Assembly (NCBI GenBank): GCA_043747615.1
Contig: JAYTOU010000080.1
Span: 1-64,000, forward strand
Origin: Myxococcales bacterium
Lineage (GTDB): Bacteria > Myxococcota_A > Polyangia > Polyangiales > Polyangiaceae
Direction: 5' to 3'
DNA: 64,000 bases
The notes below the pieces were generated by a model. The model was not told the DNA's origin and ran no database searches. It was given only the letters and a program-made list of their open reading frames with translations. Of this stretch, positions 29,981 through 39,072 are shown in pieces (the first letter of the stretch is position 1; every line of letters starts with the position of its first letter). The position numbers and the translations under genes were made by a program.

Positions 29981-32167
29981 TTAGGGGATTGCGTTGCCAG
30001 AGACGGGGAAGAGAATCGGGAAGGCCGGGCCGCAGTTCACCGCCGTCGAAGCCAGACTGACGTTCGTCGACTTAGGCCCCGTGGGCACCAAAGGGTGAAA
30101 ATTCAGAAAGGTCGCGAACGCGCTTCCTCCGTTGAGCGTCGCATTGTTCTGATCGAGCTGGAACTGGCCGTCGGTGGAGAACAGCGTGATGGAAGCGGGG
30201 ATGTTCCCGCTGTTGACTACTTGAAATGCGCCCGCCGGATCGGCTGTGGTGGTGCCGAGCTTCACGTCTCCGAAATTAATGGAGACGGGATTGAAGGCGA
30301 GGATGACGCCTTGCGCCGTCTCGTGAAGGGAAATGACGTGGTCGCTGTCGCCCGGTGCGGTGGTGTGAATCGTCAGCGTGTCGCCGTAGAGATCCGGGGT
30401 CACCGCCGACGGCTGGGGGACTGCGGCGGGCGACACCAGTAGCGTGAACGATGTGCTGGCTTTCACCGTCCCGAAAGCCTTGTTCAGGCCGTACGGCGAG
30501 GCGGCGCCTTTGCCCAGCGTAGCCGTCCAGTCGAAGCTCGCGCTGCCCGAAGGGGCAGTATTCTGGATCGTGATCATCTTGTTGCTGGCCGTCGTGCCGC
30601 AGCTCACCAGCCCGAAATCCAAGTTGCTCGGTGTGACGCTGACGAAGTTGACCGTGCCCGTTCCAGTCAGCGCGATGCTCGGCGGAAGAGCGTCGCACAG
30701 CACCGTGCCCGCCGGCACTGTCATCGTTGCAGTGCCTGTATAGGGGCTCTGCGTGGTCGGGGAGAACGACACGGTGGTCGTCGAGGTCCCGCCGGCTCCG
30801 CCGACGATCTGCCCCTGCGGCGTTACGCCGAAGGCGGCGCTCGTATCCGTGAAGGAAACGGTTGCCGATGCATTTCCGTGATTTTTTACGGTGAACGGTG
30901 AGGTAGCCGTGTTCCCAGTCGGCACGCCGCCAAACGCGATGCCCGTCGTCGATGACGTGAGGATCGCTCCGTGCGCCGTCTCGAGGAGAGTGATCGGGTG
31001 CGGACCGTCGGGCGCGGTGATCGTCAGCGTGTCGCCAAAAAAATCAGCTGCCACGGAAGACGGGTTAAGAACCGCATTCGGTGTGACGACGACGGCGAAG
31101 CTGGTGGCAGGACCTGCGGGGGTGATCGAGAACGTGTACGGCGAAGCGGCGCCTTTCGTGAGGGCAGCCGAGATGCTGAAAGCCGCGCCGGTCGTAGAGA
31201 CGGTGACCTGCTTCGCCGCGGCGGCTGGGCCTCCGCAGTCGACGAGTCCGAAATCGAGCGACCCTGGCTGAATGCTGAAGGCGCTGCTCGTGCCTTGCCC
31301 GGTCATGCGAATGTTGGTCGGGTTGATGCCGCACATCGGTGCGCCGCTCGCCATGATGGCTACGTTGGCCGAGCTTGCTGTCGTTCCCGTCGGGCGGAAT
31401 TGGCCCACGAGGCCAGACACCGTGGCGTCCGGCGCGAGGAGCGCCCCCGCGTCCGTCAAGAGGGCGAACTGTGGATCCGACGGAGTGCCGAAGCCGAGGG
31501 CGACGGAGAGATTCCCGGTGTTCCTGAGCACGATGGGAATGTCGCTCGCTTGATTGGCAAGCGGCACTTGGCCGAAGGCGACCGTGAGCGGATCGAGCGT
31601 AAGCGCGGCCCCGGCGGCCGTTTCCTTGAGTAAGAAGTCCGTGGTCGGGTGAGCGGGATCGTTGGTGACAACCGTAAGCGTGCCCTGTTCGGTCGCACCG
31701 GGTGAGGCATAGGACGGAAGCCCCTGCGCCGAGAGCGCGATCGTGACGAAGGAGTGAGCACTGACGGTGCCGGCCGTCGATCCAACGATCGCGAAAACGG
31801 ACGTCGCCGCGAGCGACGCGCTCCACGTCAGCGGCGCGCCACCCGTGTTGGTGAGGGTGAGCGCGCGATTCGGCGGGCCGCCGGCGCCGCAGCTCGCCAA
31901 TCCGAAATCGATCGCGCTCGCTGAGAACACGACGAATTGCGGTCCGGCGTCGATAGAAGGAGCGGTAGCGTCGCCCGCGTTCGCGTCCGTTCCGCCGTCG
32001 TCTGCGCCGAAGCCGTCCGCGCCGAAGCCGTCTGGAAACGCGCCGTCGCTGGTGCCAGCGTCCTCGGGTCGCAGCATGCGATCGCTGATCCCGATGACCT
32101 GGCTGCAAGCCGCCCCACCGCTGAGCGCACAGAAAAGTACCAACCCTCGTCCGCTGATGCGCATCAC
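29981..32167 (-). CDS. Lipoprotein with six tandem Ig-like (ASH / choice-of-anchor-D-like) domains
   Basis: Lipobox GAAC; repeated DFG and N.G motifs; three DFGLxxCG modules. Confidence 0.85.
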   Translation of the reverse strand: MMRISGRGLVLFCALSGGAACSQVIGISDRMLRPEDAGTSDGAFPDGFGADGFGADDGGTDANAGDATAPSIDAGPQFVVFSASAIDFGLASCGAGGPPNRALTLTNTGGAPLTWSASLAATSVFAIVGSTAGTVSAHSFVTIALSAQGLPSYASPGATEQGTLTVVTNDPAHPTTDFLLKETAAGAALTLDPLTVAFGQVPLANQASDIPIVLRNTGNLSVALGFGTPSDPQFALLTDAGALLAPDATVSGLVGQFRPTGTTASSANVAIMASGAPMCGINPTNIRMTGQGTSSAFSIQPGSLDFGLVDCGGPAAAAKQVTVSTTGAAFSISAALTKGAASPYTFSITPAGPATSFAVVVTPNAVLNPSSVAADFFGDTLTITAPDGPHPITLLETAHGAILTSSTTGIAFGGVPTGNTATSPFTVKNHGNASATVSFTDTSAAFGVTPQGQIVGGAGGTSTTTVSFSPTTQSPYTGTATMTVPAGTVLCDALPPSIALTGTGTVNFVSVTPSNLDFGLVSCGTTASNKMITIQNTAPSGSASFDWTATLGKGAASPYGLNKAFGTVKASTSFTLLVSPAAVPQPSAVTPDLYGDTLTIHTTAPGDSDHVISLHETAQGVILAFNPVSINFGDVKLGTTTADPAGAFQVVNSGNIPASITLFSTDGQFQLDQNNATLNGGSAFATFLNFHPLVPTGPKSTNVSLASTAVNCGPAFPILFPVSGNAIP

Positions 32168-33177
32168 CAGGTACCTCCAAAGACGATTCCGTTTCGCGAT
32201 CCCACGGACGGCGACATCCGAAGTGATGCTGCGGCGCTGGTCGATTTGTTCGATGGGGCCGTTAGATAGAGCACCACGCCCGTTGCGAGCGCGGCGCCGC
32301 CGACTCCAAAGCCAATCGTCGAGATAGCTGCGCTGCTGCGGGCGCTGGTGGTGAGCGATAGGCCCCGCGCGTCGCAGAGTGTGCCGTCGCAGTGCGTGAG
32401 GGCTTCGTCATTTTTCGAGATCGCGATGAGCCCAGCGACAGAGCCTACGGCAACTCCCGCGAGCCCCACACCCCCGAGGGCGAGACCGATCATTCGCTGA
32501 CTGTTTCCTATTTTTCTCTCCGGTGGAGGCGTAGGGCTTGGTTCGGGATGCGGCGGTGTCGCGATCGGCGGCATGGCCACGGGCGGTGCGGGCGCCTGCT
32601 CGAGCGCGGGGATCGTGACGAGCGCGCGGGCCGCCGTCGCTCCGACGTCCACCGAGGTGGACCACTTGTTCCTGAGCGGGGCAGACACGTCGATGGTGTG
32701 AACGCCCGGATCGACGGGGATCGCCGAGCCCCACACCGCACGACCGACCACGAGCCCGTCACGCCGAACTTCAAGGCCATCGACATCGCTCGCGGGCGGG
32801 ATCGTGATCGTCAACTTCGACAGCTGCGGTTCGAGGTTCGCAGCGTGCTCGCGCGCATAGCGCTCGCGATCCGTTTGGCCTCCCGCGCGCGCTGCGGAAA
32901 CGGCCTCTCTGAACGCCGCCCACGCGCTGGCGGTCTGGTGATTTTTCTCGAAACAAATTCCGAGATTGAGCAGCGTGCCCACCGCGGGCGCGAGACGCTG
33001 ACTCTCGCCGAGCTTGGGGCAGGCCTCGGCAAGCTTCCCCTGATCCATCAGCTGACGACCTTCGGTGAAGAGCACCTCGGCAGATGCTTGCGCGGACATG
33101 TCTTGCGCACGCGCGGAGCTCGAGACGAGGAGCGCCATCGTGGCGCTCGCGAGTGCGAAGGCGACCTTCGAGGTCAT
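32164..33177 (-). CDS. TPR + PEGA-like protein with C-terminal Gly-rich hydrophobic hairpin
   Basis: Signal peptide ending ARA; ACPKL, GTLLNLGIC, VDPGVHTIDV, CDGTLC, ends VFGGTW; paralogue of 22389-23378. Confidence 0.87.
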   Translation of the reverse strand: MTSKVAFALASATMALLVSSSARAQDMSAQASAEVLFTEGRQLMDQGKLAEACPKLGESQRLAPAVGTLLNLGICFEKNHQTASAWAAFREAVSAARAGGQTDRERYAREHAANLEPQLSKLTITIPPASDVDGLEVRRDGLVVGRAVWGSAIPVDPGVHTIDVSAPLRNKWSTSVDVGATAARALVTIPALEQAPAPPVAMPPIATPPHPEPSPTPPPERKIGNSQRMIGLALGGVGLAGVAVGSVAGLIAISKNDEALTHCDGTLCDARGLSLTTSARSSAAISTIGFGVGGAALATGVVLYLTAPSNKSTSAAASLRMSPSVGSRNGIVFGGTW

Positions 33178-33230
33178 CGTGTACTCCCTGGGATTTTCGA
33201 GGCCAAGATTAAGAGCGACTAGGTTTGATC

Positions 33231-34610
33231 CTAACGTGTTTCGAGCAGACGTCGATCATCCTGCTGCGCGCCGACATCCTTTTTCGGCGGTGTCTTCACA
33301 TGTGGTTGCGGAGGCGACCCGCCGCTGCCGACCCGAGGCTTCACGACCCCCGCGTCAGGTGAGGAGGCTAGAGCCGTTGGCGGCGTCGAGGCTGCTGCGA
33401 CCGCGCTGGGGACCTCGGCACGGGGCACCACGGGCAGGACGGTCGCTACCGAAACAACGCTTTCGGGAATCGCGCGAGCGACCGCGTCCGATTCCTTGCC
33501 CGCGCGGTACTTGACCGCGAGGACGCCACCCGCCGCGACGGCGAAGATCGCGATCAGCCCGAGAAAGAAGGCCTTCCCCGCGCCTTTCCGCGTCGCAATC
33601 TCGCCTTGTGTCGATAGACTCTCGCGCGGCACGCCGACGACAGAGGTTGGCTGCCAGGCCAGCGCGGGGGTTGGTGGCGGCATGACCGAGCGCTGCATCC
33701 GGCCGATCCGGGCGATTGATTGCGGCCCGTCGTCTCCGACGAAAGCCGAGAGTGCAGCCGCGAGCTTCGACACCTTGGAGAAGCGCTTCTCAGGGTCCTT
33801 CTCGAGACACTGAGAGATCACCGCGGCGAGCGCCGGCGGGACATCCGGGCGATGCTCGGTGATCGGCTTGGGGGCATCGCGAGCCACCATTGCGATGAGC
33901 TCGGACATGGCCTCGGCATCGAACGGAAGCTTGTTCGACAGCAGCTCGTAGATGACTACGCCGAGGGCTCAGATATCGGAGCGCGCATCCACGGCGCTCG
34001 TCGAGGTCCACTGCTCCGGCGACATGTACGCGGGTGTGCCCATCACCATCGTACCCGTGAGGGCCCGCTGACTGCGGCCCGACACAGCGGGCGCTGTGGT
34101 CTTGAGCAGGCCGAAATCGAGTACTTTCACGAGCGGTCGGTGATCGGCACCCGTCGTCAAGAACAGGTTCTCCGGTTTGAGATCACGATGCACGATCCCC
34201 GCGGCGTGCGCCTCCGCGAGCGCTTCGCACGCTTGAAGAATGAAGTCGACGGCCTCGACGATCGGCAGCTGCCCCCGCTCCTGCATCAAGGTCGCGAAAT
34301 CGCACCCTTCGAGGAGCTCCATCACCATGTACGGAGCGCCATCCTCGAGCTTGCCGACGTCGAGCACCTTCACGGCATGCTCGCTCTTCATGCGAACCAC
34401 CGCGCGTGCCTCGCGCAGAAAGCGTTCGACCGCGTCTTCGTTTTGCAGCGCGGACTTGCGCAGGAACTTCAGCGCGACCTTCTGATCCAGCTCGACGTGC
34501 GTTGCCGCGACGACGATCCCCACGCCGCCAACTCCGAGGACGCGCTCCACGCGGTACTTTCCCGCAAGAACATCCCCTTCTTTAACCGGCGATTGCTCGT
34601 CCTCAACCAC
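33231..34610 (-). pseudogene. Membrane Ser/Thr kinase interrupted by one in-frame TGA
   Basis: ORFs 33969-34610 and 33231-33908 share a frame; RSDI*ALGVVIYELL places TGA (33971-33969) at the conserved Trp; VALK, HRDLKPEN and DFG are intact. Confidence 0.9.
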
Positions 34611-34715
34611 GCGAGCGGAAGGCTACCACACGTCGAGGAAGGGGTTCGCGCGCGAGATTCTTGAGTGCCATCGAGTCGTCCATCGTCCGCGTCGGAGCCG
34701 CGCTGAGCTTTTGAC

Positions 34716-35351
34716 CTACGGACAACTGAACTGGTCGGAGCCATTACCGGTACTGCATGAGCTTCCGCCCTTGCAGTTGACTCCATTGGTCGCGGGCTCG
34801 CCGCACGACAGGCACTGATTCCCGACGCAGGTTTGGTAGCGACCGGCGCAGAGGTTCTGATCACCTCCCGCACAGGTGCAGCGTGGGACGACGGCGGCGC
34901 AAGGTGCGGCTCCCGTCGGCTCGCACGAAGACGTGACTGGTTTGTTAGCACCATCGCACGAGAAGCACTGGATCGGCGCGCCCGCGCATTGGTTGTTGTG
35001 GCAGTCGTTGACGCAGGTGTTCGACGCCGGGCAGCGAGTGTTCTTGCCGGGGCACTGCATGCAATCGTTAACGAGCGCGGGACCGCCGGGGCACAGGATG
35101 CTCGCCGCATCGGGCGCGAGCGCCGTGTCGGGTGGTCCCGCATCGACGCCGGTTTCACTTGTGGCGTCGGATCCAGCGCCGTCCAGGGGGGCAGCATCGG
35201 TCGTGACATCGGCAGCCGCGTCGACATTGGGCGCGCTATCCATCGACGCGTCGGCAACCCCTCCACCGAAGTTCCCACCGCTTTCAAGTCCGCACGCCAG
35301 CGAAGACGCAACGACGAGCCCCACGCAAAGAACACCAAGCTTTTGGCGCAT
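34716..35351 (-). CDS. Cys-rich lipoprotein
   Basis: MRQKLGVLCVGLVVASSLAC; Asp/Ala linker; Cys-rich C-terminal half. Confidence 0.83.
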   Translation of the reverse strand: MRQKLGVLCVGLVVASSLACGLESGGNFGGGVADASMDSAPNVDAAADVTTDAAPLDGAGSDATSETGVDAGPPDTALAPDAASILCPGGPALVNDCMQCPGKNTRCPASNTCVNDCHNNQCAGAPIQCFSCDGANKPVTSSCEPTGAAPCAAVVPRCTCAGGDQNLCAGRYQTCVGNQCLSCGEPATNGVNCKGGSSCSTGNGSDQFSCP

Positions 35352-35435
35352 GCTATTCAGCGTAGCTGATCCTATGCCGCGCGGCTGCTCTCGCGGAGCT
35401 GCGTCCTGACTAAAATCTTGAGCTAAGCTCGAACC

Positions 35436-36452
35436 ATGAGCAACGTCGTCCTCAGCACAAAGCCCCTTGGATTCGTCTGGGAAACGGAAGATCCGTTTCT
35501 CTTCTGCGTGCACCACGACGACGCGTATCCCGCCGGGAACGAAAAGCTCGGTCCGTCGGCGTCTCTGGCTGGAAGGAAACTCGGCGAGGACTTCGAGGGG
35601 AAAGACGGCTGGCGCATGTACCACGGCGAGGTCGTACCGGGCTTCCCGCAGCATCCGCACCGCGGGTTCGAGACGGTGACCATCGTTCGCCTCGGTTACA
35701 TCGATCACTCCGACTCCCTCGGCGCCACCGCGCGCTTCGGTCACGGCGACACGCAGTGGATGACCGCGGGAAAGGGCATTGTGCACTCGGAGATGTTCCC
35801 GCTCGTCGACGGCGAGAAATCAAACCCGCTCGAGCTCTTTCAGATCTGGCTGAACTTACCGAGCAAGAGCAAGCTCGTGGCGCCGCACTTCGCGATGCTG
35901 TGGAGCCACACCACGCCAACGCACACCGCGCGGGATGCAGCGGGCCGATCGACCGACGTCACCGTCATCGCCGGAAAGCTCGGAGACGCCGTCGCGCCGC
36001 CGCCGCCGCCGAGCTCGTGGGCCGCAAGTGGAGAGAACCACGTCGCGATCTGGACGATCAAGATGGCGCCCGGTGCGGAGTGGGTGCTTCCCGCCGCGCC
36101 TCCGGGAGTGAACCGAACTCTCTATTTTTTCCGCGGAACAGGGCTCAGCGTCGCAGGGCGCTCTTTCACGTCGCACGCGGCCATCAAGGTGAAGAGCGAC
36201 GCCGATGTGCCGCTCGTGAACGGTCCGGACGAGACGGAGCTCCTGGTTCTACAGGGTCGGCCGATCGGAGAGCCCGTTGCCGCGCACGGACCGTTCGTGA
36301 TGAACACCCGTGCCGAGCTCGAGCAGGCGTTCGCCGACTACCAGCGCACGAGATTCGGAACCTGGCCCTGGCCGAGCGAAGCCCCGGTTCACGACAAGAC
36401 CGCTGGGCGTTTCGCGAAGCACGCCGATGGACGCGTCGAACGCATCGGGTAG
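35436..36452 (+). CDS. Pirin-family protein
   Basis: HPHRGFETVT, WMTAGKGIVHSE, FQIWLNLP, GPFVMN. Confidence 0.95.
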   Translation: MSNVVLSTKPLGFVWETEDPFLFCVHHDDAYPAGNEKLGPSASLAGRKLGEDFEGKDGWRMYHGEVVPGFPQHPHRGFETVTIVRLGYIDHSDSLGATARFGHGDTQWMTAGKGIVHSEMFPLVDGEKSNPLELFQIWLNLPSKSKLVAPHFAMLWSHTTPTHTARDAAGRSTDVTVIAGKLGDAVAPPPPPSSWAASGENHVAIWTIKMAPGAEWVLPAAPPGVNRTLYFFRGTGLSVAGRSFTSHAAIKVKSDADVPLVNGPDETELLVLQGRPIGEPVAAHGPFVMNTRAELEQAFADYQRTRFGTWPWPSEAPVHDKTAGRFAKHADGRVERIG

Positions 36453-36614
36453 GCGCGTCGATCACGACCAAGGTGTAGTTCTGCGCGTTGATCGGCGGAA
36501 GGTGCCGACGACGGCCTTGGCGCCGTTCATGTTGTTCTGCATCGGCGCGACCTAGCTCGCATGGGGCGGACGAAGTTTCCTTCGCGCGGAAAACGCGGAT
36601 GTTAAGCTCCTTGA

Positions 36615-37562
36615 ATGAACGGCCACTCCAGACACACCATCGACTGCGAAGACGCCTTGCCGCAGTTCACCGCGGCGTACCTTCGGGTGGCCGGGGACGA
36701 GTGCGCCTTCATCGAGACGTACACGTCGCATGCGCTTCCGAAGCTCCTCGGGGCTCTCGCCTCGGCGGGCAAAAAGCCGGAGGACGTCCGCTGGGTGGTG
36801 ATCACGCACGCGCATCTCGATCACGCGGCGGGCGCCAGCGCTCTCATGCGCGCTTGTCCGCGGGCCACGCTCCTCGCCCACCCCCGAGCGGCCCGTCACA
36901 TGATCGACCCCGCGAAGCTCGTCGCGAGCGCGACCGCGGTCTACGGCGCGAAGCGTTTTGCAGAGTTCTACGGCACCATCGATCCCATCCCCGCGGATCG
37001 CGTGCGCGCGCTCGAGGACGGCGCCACGTTTGCTCTCGGTGACGCCACGCTCAGCGTCCTCCACACGGCCGGACACGCAAACCACCACTTCGTCGTTCAC
37101 GATCCTGCGCTCGAAACGGTGTACACGGGCGACACCTTTGGCCTCGTTTACCCATCGCTTCAGGCCAGGGGTCGATTCGCGTTGCCCTCGACGAGCCCCA
37201 CGAATTTCGATCCCGCAGAAGCCCGAAAGAGCCTCGATCGGGTGCTCGCCCTCGGAGCAAGCGCGGCCTGCCTCACCCACTTTGGCGAAGTACGCGATCT
37301 CGAGGAAGTGGCTTCGCAGCTGCGGGTCTGGATCGATCGCGCCGAGCAGTGGCTCGACGAAGCGACGCGGGGCGACGAGAGCGTCGAGGCCATCACCAGC
37401 CGCCTCACGCGCGCGTGGCAAGACGCCGTGCAAGAGACGAGCGACGCACGCGGGCTCGGGTTCGGTGAAGCCGCCTACCGTCACTTGGCGATGGATATCG
37501 AGCTCAACGCGTTGGGAATCGCAGGCGTCGCCGTCGCCCGCAGAAAAAAATCATCGACGTGA
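36615..37562 (+). CDS. MBL-fold metallo-hydrolase
   Basis: THAHLDHAAG, GHANHH, TGD, THFG. Confidence 0.93.
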   Translation: MNGHSRHTIDCEDALPQFTAAYLRVAGDECAFIETYTSHALPKLLGALASAGKKPEDVRWVVITHAHLDHAAGASALMRACPRATLLAHPRAARHMIDPAKLVASATAVYGAKRFAEFYGTIDPIPADRVRALEDGATFALGDATLSVLHTAGHANHHFVVHDPALETVYTGDTFGLVYPSLQARGRFALPSTSPTNFDPAEARKSLDRVLALGASAACLTHFGEVRDLEEVASQLRVWIDRAEQWLDEATRGDESVEAITSRLTRAWQDAVQETSDARGLGFGEAAYRHLAMDIELNALGIAGVAVARRKKSST

Positions 37563-37581
37563 GCCGAACACACGCGATTCG

Positions 37582-38067
37582 TCAGTGATCTCTCGATCGC
37601 CTTCGTAGGAGCGGGATCAGGTACCAGGTGGCAAAGATCAGTGCGAAGGTCGCGCTCCCGGCACCCCACGCCCAGCGCTCGCCGAGGACCATCTCCGAGA
37701 TCAGGAATACGGCCCCCCCGATCGCGAGCGCGAGACAGACGATCCCCGCAATGGCGAAGCGGTTCGCGCGGAAGAGTAGTCGCTCCTTGTCCTGCGCACG
37801 AAACGCAAGCCGATGGTTCGACGACGGCGCGATGAGAAAGATCGACGCAATCGTGGTGCAGGCGAACGTAGCGTAGAACGCCCTGCTCTCGAGCAGCGTG
37901 AGCGTCCCGAACCGCGCGGAAAAAGGGACGGTGAGGAGGAACGCGAAGAGCATTTGAACGCCGGGGAGCGCAACGCGAAGCTCGGTGAGAAGCTCGGTCA
38001 GCTCTCGGTTGATCCGCTCCTTGCGTGTCTCGCGATCCGCCTCTTCGGGGCGCTCGTTAGCGGTCAA
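37582..38067 (-). CDS. DUF6328-like membrane protein
   Basis: ELLTELRVALPGVQMLFAFLLTVPF motif; four TM segments. Confidence 0.85.
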   Translation of the reverse strand: MTANERPEEADRETRKERINRELTELLTELRVALPGVQMLFAFLLTVPFSARFGTLTLLESRAFYATFACTTIASIFLIAPSSNHRLAFRAQDKERLLFRANRFAIAGIVCLALAIGGAVFLISEMVLGERWAWGAGSATFALIFATWYLIPLLRRRSRDH

Positions 38068-38194
38068 GGGGTAACCGGAGAGGCGACCGCGTCGAACGTC
38101 GCGCCGTTCGTCTGTGTCCAGATCACGGCGAGCTTACCCGCGGCAGGTGCGGCGTACCCCTCCAGGTGGTTGCGCGTCCAACCATGGCGTGGAC

Positions 38195-38653
38195 TCATTT
38201 CGTTTCGGCCGGCGGGTCCCGGACCTCTATGGTGTCGAGTCTCATCACGGCGGGCGGTGCCGAAGACGCCGCCGACGCAGAGGACGCAGCCGCCCCCGGA
38301 GCAACGGTCGGAGCGACGGCGGACGGCGCAGCGGCAACGGGCTTACCGCGGAGCGCGCTCCCCAGCGTGAGCCCGCCGGCGATGCCCACCACGATCATCA
38401 CTGCGATCGCTCCGTAGAGGACTGCTTTTTTTTGCTGCGACGGAGGAGGCGCGCTCGGCCTCTTTTGCAACGCAGCCGGCGACTGCGCGACGAACGGAGG
38501 GAGCGGTGGCGGAAGCGCGCGACCCGTCGACGGAGGCGGCACCGACGCAGCCACATCCTCGGCCTCGTTGTCGTCGAGCCGAATGCCTTCGAGATCCCCC
38601 ACCGCGTCGATTTGCATCGTGGCGTTCGTGTCGGGAGGCTCCGGTTTTTTCAT
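38195..38653 (-). CDS. Small bitopic membrane protein with Pro-rich linkers
   Basis: Acidic N-terminus, Pro-rich region, one TM, Ala/Pro tail. Confidence 0.7.
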   Translation of the reverse strand: MKKPEPPDTNATMQIDAVGDLEGIRLDDNEAEDVAASVPPPSTGRALPPPLPPFVAQSPAALQKRPSAPPPSQQKKAVLYGAIAVMIVVGIAGGLTLGSALRGKPVAAAPSAVAPTVAPGAAASSASAASSAPPAVMRLDTIEVRDPPAETK

Positions 38654-38744
38654 CGCAGGTCACTCTCAGGCTACCACCGTCCCGGTGTCCCGGAGGAGCC
38701 CAATCCTGACGGCTCTCAACGGTGGTGACTCCTAAAGAGCGCTT

Positions 38745-38991
38745 CTACTCGGACTTATCGGTGATCTCCGCGATCTTGCCCTTCGCGTTCCAGCACGTCA
38801 CGGTCGTGTGCTTCATGACGCCCGCCGCGCTTTCCATCGTGTAGCACTGCTGGTCGGCGACCTTCTCGGACTTGGTGACCTTGGGATCCTTGAGCGCGTA
38901 CATGCCGAGGTCGTCGCCCTGAAAAGCCTTGGAGCCGAACTTTTTTTACCGCCTTGCCAACCGAGTCGTCTTTGCCGTCGAGCATGGCCAT
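38745..38991 (-). pseudogene. Small gene with +1 frameshift in an A7 run
   Basis: Removing one base from T7 (38941-38947) joins MAMLDGKDDSVGKAVKK to FGSKAFQGDDLGMYALKDPKV...CWNAKGKIAEITDKSE*. Confidence 0.6.
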
Positions 38992-39072
38992 GTTCTCAAC
39001 GCGCTTCGGCGGTGCGCGACATACCGGAGCGATGTTCGAGCGCGCGGTCAAAAAAGCCGCTAGTAGGGAGCC

